Source: a virus. From it: DNA of 64,000 bases. Location of the stretch: IMG/VR virus record IMGVR_UViG_3300021977_000001; one strand, written 5' to 3'. How positions within the stretch are numbered: the stretch's first letter is position 1; each line of letters begins with the position of its first letter. Made by a program: the position numbers and the translations under genes. Of this stretch, positions 10,187-18,267 are shown one piece after another. The notes beneath the pieces were generated by a model that saw only the letters and a program-made list of their open reading frames with translations, made no database searches and was not told the DNA's origin.

Positions 10187-10630
10187 TTAACTTTCCATTT
10201 GTTTGATTAACGCTTCAAGCTCTTGGTTACGCGCACGTAGCTGATTTAGCTCAACGTCACGACAATCACCATTATCTACGATACGATACTCCAACGGATC
10301 ATTCATCTTCTCATACTCGTAATGATGGCTAGCCATCTTGTCTGCACCAAGCAGCCGTGTTATGGTAGTATACATAGTACGGCGGATATCCTGCTTAAGT
10401 GCCTCTCTGATGTCAGCAATAGGACACAGACCCTCTAGCCACACCTCTGTGATATCCTCACCTACCATGTCTCGATGTTGTTCACCAAGTAGAAGTACTT
10501 CTAATTCGTAGTCGATTACTCTAGAATAATCTAAACACAGTAAATAAGCCCCGCCTACTACTGGTTCTAAATAATTAAAACATAGTGAATGTATAGCATC
10601 AAAGCTAACAAGAATAGATACTGGTTTCAC
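10187..10630 (-). CDS. Small protein 3 of the phuZ-pol tandem array
   Basis: 147 aa, GTG start; VSILVS ... NDPLEYRIV, plus a short coiled-coil tail. Confidence 0.72.
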   Translation of the reverse strand: MKPVSILVSFDAIHSLCFNYLEPVVGGAYLLCLDYSRVIDYELEVLLLGEQHRDMVGEDITEVWLEGLCPIADIREALKQDIRRTMYTTITRLLGADKMASHHYEYEKMNDPLEYRIVDNGDCRDVELNQLRARNQELEALIKQMES

Positions 10631-10634
10631 TGGT

Positions 10635-11228
10635 TCACCCTGTTAGATTAAGGTCTTTATCAATGATGAGTCTTAATACGTCATGCGTTAACTCGTCATG
10701 TCTTGCTGTTAGCTGCGCTTTTAGATCGTCACGCGTGGTCGCATTAGCTCGATGATTAGGGAGCTGCTGTTCTTGGTCTTTATATTGTTCCGATAACAAA
10801 GCCTGTAAACGTTCTTGGAAACTTAACGCGGTAGGATCTGAATGGTTGCCTAAGTTTTCTAAGACAATATCATCGTAGCTCTTGGTCACATTCCAAACAT
10901 CGTCAGTACGTAGAGGCACATAGCGTTGAAGTATATCGGTTAACCTTGCATCGATAGGGTCTATGCAGTTTTGATAGAACCTAGATGCAAAGACTGCATG
11001 CGTGGTCATCCAGGGATATAGCTGCTCTAATAGATCAGTCGTGGTGTCTACGCTGGGTGCCCAGTTAAAGGCATGACTCATCGCGTCATCGATTAGATGA
11101 TGTATAATCATCCTAGCGTCGTTACGCTTGACCGGGTTAGGGCGGTCAACGCTGTAAAAGAAAAGCGCTGATGTATTGACCAGGTTTTCTATAAACTCAT
11201 GTAAAGGGAGTATTATTTTTAGTGCCAT
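10635..11228 (-). CDS. Small protein 2 of the phuZ-pol tandem array
   Basis: 197 aa; KIILPL ... YDDIVLEN, plus a helical C-terminal extension. Confidence 0.75.
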   Translation of the reverse strand: MALKIILPLHEFIENLVNTSALFFYSVDRPNPVKRNDARMIIHHLIDDAMSHAFNWAPSVDTTTDLLEQLYPWMTTHAVFASRFYQNCIDPIDARLTDILQRYVPLRTDDVWNVTKSYDDIVLENLGNHSDPTALSFQERLQALLSEQYKDQEQQLPNHRANATTRDDLKAQLTARHDELTHDVLRLIIDKDLNLTG

Positions 11229-11242
11229 GGAGTTGGGTCCTT

Positions 11243-11599
11243 TTAGGCATTAACTATCAGTGTCTCATTTTTAATAATGGTTTTAACTGACGCATCGGGA
11301 TGCCATTGATTACTTACTGCACGGTATAGCTGTTTATCAACTAAACCTTTTATTACATCAGGTAAGCTGTTAAGGAAGATAACAGCACCTATAGGCATGT
11401 TGCCTTCTATCGGGTTGTCGTGATGAAGTACACCCATTGTTGCTAGTCTTTCGGAAAACCACTGATTTAACACAGCATCGATGTCGACGGTTGGATTACC
11501 TGCTAAGTGTTTAGATAGTTCTTCAATGAATGGTTTAGCGATATCGCGGGCGGTTGCGATATCAAATAGATAGTATTTAGGGGTTGTCATTATTACCAC
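11243..11599 (-). CDS. Small protein 1 of the phuZ-pol tandem array
   Basis: 118 aa; KYYLFD ... KNETLIVNA. Confidence 0.75.
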   Translation of the reverse strand: MVIMTTPKYYLFDIATARDIAKPFIEELSKHLAGNPTVDIDAVLNQWFSERLATMGVLHHDNPIEGNMPIGAVIFLNSLPDVIKGLVDKQLYRAVSNQWHPDASVKTIIKNETLIVNA

Positions 11600-11631
11600 C
11601 TTGTATACGAATTAGTGAGTAGTCTATACAG

Positions 11632-11639
11632 GTAATGTA
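11632..11639 (-). promoter_or_regulatory. Early-type promoter variant TACATTAC driving the small-gene array
   Basis: Minus strand CACACCTACATTAC, the same CACC-TAxATTAC context as the other early promoters in the window. Confidence 0.55.
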
Positions 11640-11659
11640 GGTGTGAAATATAATGATAA

Positions 11660-11691
11660 GCGGCATAGACGCCTCCCCTCAGGGAGGCGGT
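11660..11691 (-). terminator. Terminator after phuZ (hairpin + CTATGCCG)
   Basis: CGCCTCCC-loop-GGGAGGCG stem followed on the minus strand by TCTATGCCG; no long T-tract. Confidence 0.7.
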
Positions 11692-11710
11692 ATGGGTGCC
11701 GGGTGAGTAC

Positions 11711-12676
11711 TTATAGTACCATACCGTCTTTTGTTGTATTATCGCCACTACCGATATAGGTCTTACGATCAAGTGAACGCTTAGACGTAGACTTTTCGTA
11801 GGTACCGTGTGCTTTAGCAATACCTTCGTAAATACGTTCGATGCCAGTAGTTGAAATAACTAAATGCATGTCTGGTATCTCCCCTGTTTCATCGCGGTGA
11901 TAACCAATACATTGGTAATCTGGCGCTGCTTCAGGCATTGGCGTATCTGGGTCAGCAAGTAACGATGCGATAGAGATTGGCTCATTGATCCCTTCTACTG
12001 ACGTGTTATCACGTAGAATAGAAAGCTGACTTAACTGCGGCTCTACCTGAGATGCACGGTTGTAGTATAACCACGTCGATACATCTTTAGTATCTAGTTC
12101 TTTGTTATTACCAGACACAAGTGCCGAGATAGCACCAATCGCACCACGAATACGTTTATCAACTTCAGAACGTTTAACGTTGCTGCTGTTTTCTTCGTAA
12201 TAAAGCGTGATAGGTAGTTCGGCGCTTTGCGAGATGCTATCTAACGACTTAAGCGTATTAAGTGTGTTAGTACACGTAATGGCTGAATCTGTAGAACCTA
12301 CTACAATACAGATAAATGATTCTTCGCTATTTAGAAGATGGCGCGCAATAAGCGGACCAGCTACGCTACCGCTACCGCCTGCACCTGAAAACATTACAAT
12401 GTTAAAGTCACCCGGTGGGTGTAGTGAGACGATGTCTTTGATTGAATCAGAAATACGCTGATGGTTCTCACGACGAACTTTACCTGACCCATCTACATCA
12501 GGAAGAATATAGCACATGTCTTCAGTGATAGGATCTTCGATGTTAGACAGACTTGTGTCTACAAATGCAGTCTGGATGTCGGCGTAGATATCTGATGATT
12601 CAAGACCTACAAAAGGGGTTGCTAAGTTAACTGCACAGCCGCCAGCTGCGTAGATTCTTAAGGTATGTTTACTCAT
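11711..12676 (-). CDS. phuZ: PhuZ phage tubulin
   Basis: 321 aa: IYAAGGCAVN (T1), DGSGKVRREN (T3), SGAGGSGS (tubulin signature), ELDTKD (T7) and C-terminal DGMVL typical of PhuZ. Confidence 0.93.
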   Translation of the reverse strand: MSKHTLRIYAAGGCAVNLATPFVGLESSDIYADIQTAFVDTSLSNIEDPITEDMCYILPDVDGSGKVRRENHQRISDSIKDIVSLHPPGDFNIVMFSGAGGSGSVAGPLIARHLLNSEESFICIVVGSTDSAITCTNTLNTLKSLDSISQSAELPITLYYEENSSNVKRSEVDKRIRGAIGAISALVSGNNKELDTKDVSTWLYYNRASQVEPQLSQLSILRDNTSVEGINEPISIASLLADPDTPMPEAAPDYQCIGYHRDETGEIPDMHLVISTTGIERIYEGIAKAHGTYEKSTSKRSLDRKTYIGSGDNTTKDGMVL

Positions 12677-12857
12677 TAAATCGCCTCTTATTCCTAGATT
12701 GTTCGATAAAGTATGAAGTGAATATGAAATCTTTAACCTGACAATGAGTGTACATGTACGTTTAACTAATGCTGTCTACAGTGCTAGGTCTTCATAAATT
12801 AATGGAAAATGTATTAATTAACCTCATTATATCGTTTAATAGCTACGGGATATAGCC

Positions 12858-13643
12858 ATGAGCCCCATTCAAAAAGCCGTTCAGGATATTACGTTTAAAA
12901 TCCCACAAGAAATACTGAGGCAAGTCTTTATAGACAAACGGTTTAGCACTGTAAACTACCCTGTCTCTATTGAATCTCAAATTATCGCTAAAGTCGTACG
13001 GCCACGTGTATTAGTTGACTGTAACCTAGTAGGCGGGATGCAGGTCGAACTGTCTTTATCAAGTGCTAAGAAAACATACGATGATGGAAGCCATCAGATC
13101 TACGTTATACCTAAAACCGCCACCATGGGTCGAAGTATTATCTCCGTAATGAGTATTGGGTTTAATGAGAATGAGGCTAGTAGTACGTTCCAGACAACAT
13201 CTTCATTAATCCGTGAGTCAATGAACGTTATAGATGCGGTCAACGGATACGAGACAAACTCTACAGCTAGCGTGTCGCTAATTGAAGAAAACACCATACA
13301 CGTAGAATCTGAAAGTGTGCTTAGTAGTAACGCTACATTGCGTTGTATTGTAAGCAACGACCCGGACATGCAGAATCTAAACCCTAGAACCATTCCTGCA
13401 TTTACTAAACTGGTTGAGTATGCGGTTAAAAGCTACATATACAATCAGTCTATAATTAACATTGATACAGCACGTTTGCATGGTGGTCAGACGTTAGGTG
13501 TGTATCGTGACATGGTAGAAAGCTACGCCGACGCTGAAGAGCTTTATGTAGAATATAGAGATACGCGTTGGAAAAAGATAGCATTCTGCGACGATAAAGA
13601 ATCCTATTATCGCCACATTAAGTTAACATCATCAGGCGTTTAA
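12858..13643 (+). CDS. Conserved virion structural protein (phiKZ-like)
   Basis: 261 aa, divergent from phuZ. The MSPIQKAVQDITFKIPQEIL start resembles a family I recall from phiKZ-like phages. Its 3' end is duplicated at 14681-14733. Confidence 0.55.
   Translation: MSPIQKAVQDITFKIPQEILRQVFIDKRFSTVNYPVSIESQIIAKVVRPRVLVDCNLVGGMQVELSLSSAKKTYDDGSHQIYVIPKTATMGRSIISVMSIGFNENEASSTFQTTSSLIRESMNVIDAVNGYETNSTASVSLIEENTIHVESESVLSSNATLRCIVSNDPDMQNLNPRTIPAFTKLVEYAVKSYIYNQSIINIDTARLHGGQTLGVYRDMVESYADAEELYVEYRDTRWKKIAFCDDKESYYRHIKLTSSGV
13591..13643 (+). repeat. Copy 1 of a 53-bp recoded duplication (DKESYYRHIKLTSSGV*)
   Basis: 43/53 nt identical to 14681-14733; all differences within the coding frame are synonymous. 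Confidence 0.92.
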
Positions 13644-13646
13644 ACT

Positions 13647-13676
13647 AAGTAGGTCTTCGGACCTACTTTTTATACG
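13647..13676 (+). terminator. Intrinsic terminator with UUCG tetraloop
   Basis: AAGTAGGTC-TTCG-GACCTACTT-TTTATACG. Confidence 0.85.
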
Positions 13677-13724
13677 TTATCTATTTAATACTATGACTTT
13701 ATTTTTAACTAAAGAGTATTACTA

Positions 13725-14687
13725 ATGGGCGCGTATATAGATCTAGAGGGTAAGAGATTTGGTCGATGGCTAGTTGAAAGTAGGACTGATAATAATCGCT
13801 TCGGTCAGATACGATGGGCTTGTGTGTGCGATTGCGGTTCTGTAAAGAAAGTTATTGCAGGGAGTCTACTATCCGGTAAATCAACAAGTTGCGGATGTTA
13901 TCAAAAGGAAAAGATAAGGCATACTAGCCAGGTACACGGGATGTCGGCAGCAAAGGAATATAAATATTACCACGCTATGAAGGGTCGCTGTTACAATCCT
14001 AAAAATATTGACTATTACAATTATGGCGGACGTGGCATTAAAGTGTGTAAGCGGTGGCTTGATAGTTTTGAAAACTTCTTAGAAGATATGGGACCGTGTC
14101 CTAAAGGTTATACACTAGACCGTAAGGATAACGATAAAGATTACAGTCCAGAGAATTGTAGGTGGGCCAGTCGTAAAGAACAGGCTTTAAATAGAAGGAC
14201 TACAAGAACAGTCACCTATCATGGGGTAGAGACTACTTATGTAGAACTGTGTGAAAAGTTTAACATCAGTTTACCCGCTTTAAACTATCGCCTTTCGACA
14301 GGCATGTCTCTAGAAGAAGCATTAAATAAACCCATACAAGTAAGAAAACATACCATCCCAGTTATATGTTTAGATGTTAAAGAAGGGAAATATACAATAT
14401 TTAAAACATATAACGAAGCTGTAACGTTCTTTAATAATAAAGAATCTAGTTTAAGAAGAGCAATTGATTTAAAGAGAATATATCTATCAAAGTATCTAAT
14501 AAAGTATTCTGATGATAGTTCATCCTGGGATCGTTTTACCGGTAATTTCAAAATGACTGATGACGTTGTTATTGAATTAGAGGATGGGGTTTTAATAATC
14601 TTTAACAACATCTGCGAAGGTTTAGAGTATTTGGATAGAAATGATATTGACATAGATAGCTGTAAGATTAAATCACTGATACGATAA
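13725..14687 (+). CDS. HNH homing endonuclease
   Basis: GKRFGRWLV...WACVCDCG...GKSTSCGC, YHAMKGRCYNPKNIDYYNYGGRGIKVCKRWLDSFENFLEDMG and TLDRKDNDKDYSPENCRWA are the classic phage HNH pattern, followed by a probable DNA-binding C-terminus. Confidence 0.92.
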   Translation: MGAYIDLEGKRFGRWLVESRTDNNRFGQIRWACVCDCGSVKKVIAGSLLSGKSTSCGCYQKEKIRHTSQVHGMSAAKEYKYYHAMKGRCYNPKNIDYYNYGGRGIKVCKRWLDSFENFLEDMGPCPKGYTLDRKDNDKDYSPENCRWASRKEQALNRRTTRTVTYHGVETTYVELCEKFNISLPALNYRLSTGMSLEEALNKPIQVRKHTIPVICLDVKEGKYTIFKTYNEAVTFFNNKESSLRRAIDLKRIYLSKYLIKYSDDSSSWDRFTGNFKMTDDVVIELEDGVLIIFNNICEGLEYLDRNDIDIDSCKIKSLIR

Positions 14688-14733
14688 AGAAAGTTATTAC
14701 AGACATATCAAATTAACATCATCAGGCGTTTAG
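14681..14733 (+). repeat. Copy 2 (orphaned, untranslated) of the 53-bp recoded duplication
   Basis: GAT AAA GAA AGT TAT TAC AGA CAT ATC AAA TTA ACA TCA TCA GGC GTT TAG = DKESYYRHIKLTSSGV*. Confidence 0.92.
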
Positions 14734-14743
14734 TGGTTAAAAG

Positions 14744-14810
14744 AAGCAAGGCGGTACCGCCTTGCTTTATGCCGTTACGGCATAAAGCAGAGGCCAATGA
14801 CCTCTGCCTT
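14744..14810. terminator. Back-to-back terminators joined by the palindrome TATGCCGT-T-ACGGCATA
   Basis: AAGCAAGGCG-gtac-CGCCTTGCTT, then TATGCCGTTACGGCATA, then GCAGAGG-loop-CCTCTGC, between convergent genes. Confidence 0.8.
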
Positions 14811-14816
14811 TAAATA

Positions 14817-15419
14817 TCAATGTAGTTGTATCACGCCAGACAAAGGCTGGTTAATATTGCTTCGATGGTTTAGTCTTTCTTTAACATCAAAAGATAACAT
14901 ATCTAACATGGTTGTTAGGAATTGTTGACGTATATGGTCATCTAGCGAGCAGTTGTCAAAGAATAACTGAGCTAGATAGAAAACACCCTTGACATCGGGA
15001 ACCTTCACAGGTTGCTGACCCTGTACAGGTGATCTTGTAAATGTAGCAACGTTGACATCACCTGAGCGAATGTGTAGCTGTGCTCCTTCTGCCACCGCGT
15101 GTAGCGGTTCGGTGGTCGTCAACATTACTAATAAATCGTGACTTTGCTTAAATCCACTATTGATGTGTTCTACTAGATGACTGAACTGAAACTTCTCTTC
15201 AAACACATTGTGATTTGGATGATTAAACATGGTAACGTACATGGGGACTATTTCACCTTTGACATATACAAGTACCATAATGGCATGATTAACATAACTG
15301 TCTGTTTTGTTAAGATGCATTAAATGTTTAATACCCATCCCTTCACCCTGAAATACATCAACTGTATCTTGGGTGTGACATACTCTGACTTCCTGACTAA
15401 TTAATGAATCTAGTTGCAT
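14817..15419 (-). CDS. Hypothetical protein
   Basis: 200-aa ORF, no recognised motif. Confidence 0.7.
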   Translation of the reverse strand: MQLDSLISQEVRVCHTQDTVDVFQGEGMGIKHLMHLNKTDSYVNHAIMVLVYVKGEIVPMYVTMFNHPNHNVFEEKFQFSHLVEHINSGFKQSHDLLVMLTTTEPLHAVAEGAQLHIRSGDVNVATFTRSPVQGQQPVKVPDVKGVFYLAQLFFDNCSLDDHIRQQFLTTMLDMLSFDVKERLNHRSNINQPLSGVIQLH

Positions 15420-15460
15420 AATCGGCTACCGTTTATAGTTTTAATTAAAAGAATATGGAT

Positions 15461-15997
15461 CTACCAGGCGGTTGACGCCATCATCTCAAGCGCTGTATCC
15501 TGTGTGTAATGATGCAGGAGAGGCTCTCCGTCCTCTTTGACGCTTAAGCATACCACAGGTCCACTGCTATAGACATCGTGCTTTATAGCGTGTTTGACAG
15601 CCTCTGGCGCTGTCTTACCTAATGATAGGGCAGATGTTGCAAAATCGCAACCTGAGCCAACTGCTAAAGTATTTCTGACCGGTAGCGGGTCAGGACCGTA
15701 GCTAAAATGCCATACCGAATTACGGCATACGACAATTACAGAGGCTTCTTTAAGCGCTTCTGTAAAGTTCTCTCTAATACAACCAGATAAAAGCCAATCC
15801 CTGAACGGATAGAGCTGAGCAGCATCCCCTGAAAAGCCCATTCCAACTAAAGCATCTTCTTCTTTAGTTTCCGGATTAATAAACATCCCTTTTAGGAGTT
15901 GTAGCTTGATAAAAGGTTCTTGTGATATTACATTCCAATTCACAGTCAACTGACTATCACTAGCCAACTGCTGTCCATCCCAGACTATCGTCGTCAT
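15461..15997 (-). CDS. HslV/proteasome-beta-like Ntn-hydrolase protease
   Basis: Likely start MTTIVWDGQQLASDSQ (N-terminal Thr nucleophile, RBS GGAGAGG). Also GFSGD, AVGSGCDFATSAL, EAVKHAIKHDVYSSG. Confidence 0.8.
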   Translation of the reverse strand: MTTIVWDGQQLASDSQLTVNWNVISQEPFIKLQLLKGMFINPETKEEDALVGMGFSGDAAQLYPFRDWLLSGCIRENFTEALKEASVIVVCRNSVWHFSYGPDPLPVRNTLAVGSGCDFATSALSLGKTAPEAVKHAIKHDVYSSGPVVCLSVKEDGEPLLHHYTQDTALEMMASTAW

Positions 15998-16068
15998 GTG
16001 TCCTCTCCACATCAAAAACTACAGGGGGGTTGAAACCCCCGGGGTATAGTATTTGTCTAATCTGACCT

Positions 16069-16395
16069 CTAAATCTTTGTAAAGTCCACCTCTTTAGACT
16101 TCAATAACTTCTTGATTTCCTTACGGTTTTTACCCGCTAACCACCCTAGTCCGATGTGACCTTTAGTTGTTACAAGGTCATCTCCATCGCAGGACCAACC
16201 AGCGATACGAAGACGCTCTCGGTTCGCGTGATCAGTCGTTGTATTTGTACCTAACTCAGCAGCTATTACGTGATCATGGAATTTACCATCAACCGCATTG
16301 ATTACTTGTATTGTGATATTTTCTTGTGGAACAAACGCGCTGTTTTGTTCTACCTTCTTTAACGCTTTAATAATTCTTTCTATTGGATCTGACAT
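16069..16395 (-). CDS. Hypothetical protein
   Basis: 108-aa ORF with RBS AGGATGAG. Confidence 0.65.
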   Translation of the reverse strand: MSDPIERIIKALKKVEQNSAFVPQENITIQVINAVDGKFHDHVIAAELGTNTTTDHANRERLRIAGWSCDGDDLVTTKGHIGLGWLAGKNRKEIKKLLKSKEVDFTKI

Positions 16396-16511
16396 TGCTC
16401 ATCCTGTTATTGTTATTCCCCAGTTTAGGCTTATAACCGCCCTATAGATATACGTTAGGGGTGTATTTTTATGATTACCTATTATTATTTCTATTTATTA
16501 AGGATACCCGT

Positions 16512-17723
16512 ATGGCAGCTACCCTTAAAACCGTCTTTAATGACATCGGTCAAGACGTTGTCTTTAATCGCGGACTTGTTAGACGTATTATCAGCTATGT
16601 CAATGGGTTTGTCACTAAGACAGATGATTCTATAAACTTCTTCGGTGATGCGCTTATTGGCGTATACCCTATTCGTTATACCAATGATGATAAAATCATG
16701 TGGTTTGATGAAGTGCTACAGCTTGATGAGGTGGCACTAAAGGCAGATGTATATTCTCTAGAAAGTATTGACACCAGTTTTAAAGTCAGTAGCGATCTAG
16801 TTAACTTATCTATTATCTGGTGCTTGCATCGTTTTGAAGAAAGCGACATAAGTAGCAAGGAAAAAGAACAAGTACAGGTAGCATTACTAAGCATGTTACA
16901 CTACAAGTTTCTAAGCTCGTTAATGAGTCATTACTTTCGCTATCCTGCCGATAAAGGCGTTGCAATGATGACTTATGCGAGTTTATCTAAGAAGTTCTCT
17001 TTAAAGGTACATGGTTCGTGGGGTGCGTTGGTTAAGGACCGTTCTGAAAGTATATTAGCAAAGACGGGTATACATTACAACACGTATCGTCGATTTGGAC
17101 CTGACGGCGCGGTGGTGTACATGATCAACGATATCCAGTCACGTATTCGTGAGGTATTTAAAGCAGTGGTTGAAGTCTTTCATCGCGTAAGAGAAGATGA
17201 TGCAAAGATAACAACAGTTAGCGCGTCTGTAGACATTGACGGTGAAAGTATTGTTAAAGATAAACGCAACGACTATACGCGTTTTAGACAATACCTCCAC
17301 CGTGCCGTAGGTGATGAAAGTACCTTCATTAAACAAGAGCTTGTTGATATTATTGCAAAAGCAGTCCACACTATGCCACCTGATCAGCTTGTTAATAGTT
17401 TAAAGTACATGAGCGATAATGTAAGTGATAGTAAAGACAAGGTAATAACGCCTTTGTTAGACAAAACTATTGTTCATGCCTTTCACTACCTGCAGCAAAA
17501 CAAAGTAGATATTACTAACCTACCTTTAGTGCTGGTTAAGATGCGTGCTATATACATGTCGTCACGTAGTATACAAGACGATTTAGTAGAAGTACGTGAG
17601 TTAGCCAGCGAAATAACTGAAGACGCTGTAACGTCGCGTAATGCTTCGGTAAAGGCTAGTGTGCGGACTGGTTTGTTATTATATCTTGTATTGAGATCAT
17701 TAACAATGAAGCATTACGATTAA
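16512..17723 (+). CDS. Conserved virion structural protein (phiKZ gp32-like, tentative)
   Basis: About 403 aa from the ATG at 16512 (RBS AAGGA). Helical protein with HYKFLSSLMSHYFRYPAD, a motif I recall from phiKZ-like virion proteins. Confidence 0.6.
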   Translation: MAATLKTVFNDIGQDVVFNRGLVRRIISYVNGFVTKTDDSINFFGDALIGVYPIRYTNDDKIMWFDEVLQLDEVALKADVYSLESIDTSFKVSSDLVNLSIIWCLHRFEESDISSKEKEQVQVALLSMLHYKFLSSLMSHYFRYPADKGVAMMTYASLSKKFSLKVHGSWGALVKDRSESILAKTGIHYNTYRRFGPDGAVVYMINDIQSRIREVFKAVVEVFHRVREDDAKITTVSASVDIDGESIVKDKRNDYTRFRQYLHRAVGDESTFIKQELVDIIAKAVHTMPPDQLVNSLKYMSDNVSDSKDKVITPLLDKTIVHAFHYLQQNKVDITNLPLVLVKMRAIYMSSRSIQDDLVEVRELASEITEDAVTSRNASVKASVRTGLLLYLVLRSLTMKHYD

Positions 17724-17724
17724 T

Positions 17725-18225
17725 ATGTTCAACCCACCACCAAGGGTTGTTATGGAAAGTCTTCACATTCTTATCACCGTCTACATGAGCGATGTTTATC
17801 AAACCTATCGGTATAAAGTATTCAAACGCCTACCTACGGGGTATAGTGTTGGGATAGCTACGCTGCAGGATACCATTTATGATCATTATGGGGTGCAGGT
17901 CCCACTTGTAACATTGATCCAATGGTGTCATGAGGGTATTACAATACCTTATAAACAAATATCGTTACTTGACGATGCCACGTTGATGGAACTAGTAGGG
18001 TTTATTCACACTCTACCCATTAGCGATGCATTGCGTAAATCAATGGTAACGGTTTATCTACATCGACTTATAAATGACCATGATATAAAACAAGCCCTAA
18101 CCTACGGTACATTAACAACCCAACAACGTCAATACTACGAAAGGTTAGAACAGCAGATCACAGGAACACGTTACGATGCCGCTTATGTGGATAATTTTAA
18201 ACGTGCATTTGGATCTGACGCATAA
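17725..18225 (+). CDS. Hypothetical protein
   Basis: 166-aa ORF translationally coupled to the upstream gene. Confidence 0.65.
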   Translation: MFNPPPRVVMESLHILITVYMSDVYQTYRYKVFKRLPTGYSVGIATLQDTIYDHYGVQVPLVTLIQWCHEGITIPYKQISLLDDATLMELVGFIHTLPISDALRKSMVTVYLHRLINDHDIKQALTYGTLTTQQRQYYERLEQQITGTRYDAAYVDNFKRAFGSDA

Positions 18226-18267
18226 ACAAGGTAGATCTAGCGTCATGCTAGATCTACCTCTATGCCG
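18218..18267. terminator. Bidirectional terminator, same stem as 4720-4751
   Basis: ACGCATAAAC-AAGGTAGATCTAGC-gtcat-GCTAGATCTACCTC-TATGCCG. Confidence 0.8.

Larger units (their letters stand above)
13591..14687 (+). mobile_element. Free-standing homing endonuclease cassette (replacement 3' end + terminator + promoter + HNH gene)
   Basis: Bounded by the two recoded copies, which are 1090 bp apart; the HNH gene is noticeably AT-richer than its neighbours. Confidence 0.75.

Noticed and set aside
11593-11820. 75-aa minus-strand ORF bridging phuZ and the small-gene array
   Set aside because: It overlaps the phuZ 3' end out of frame and runs through a terminator hairpin and a promoter.
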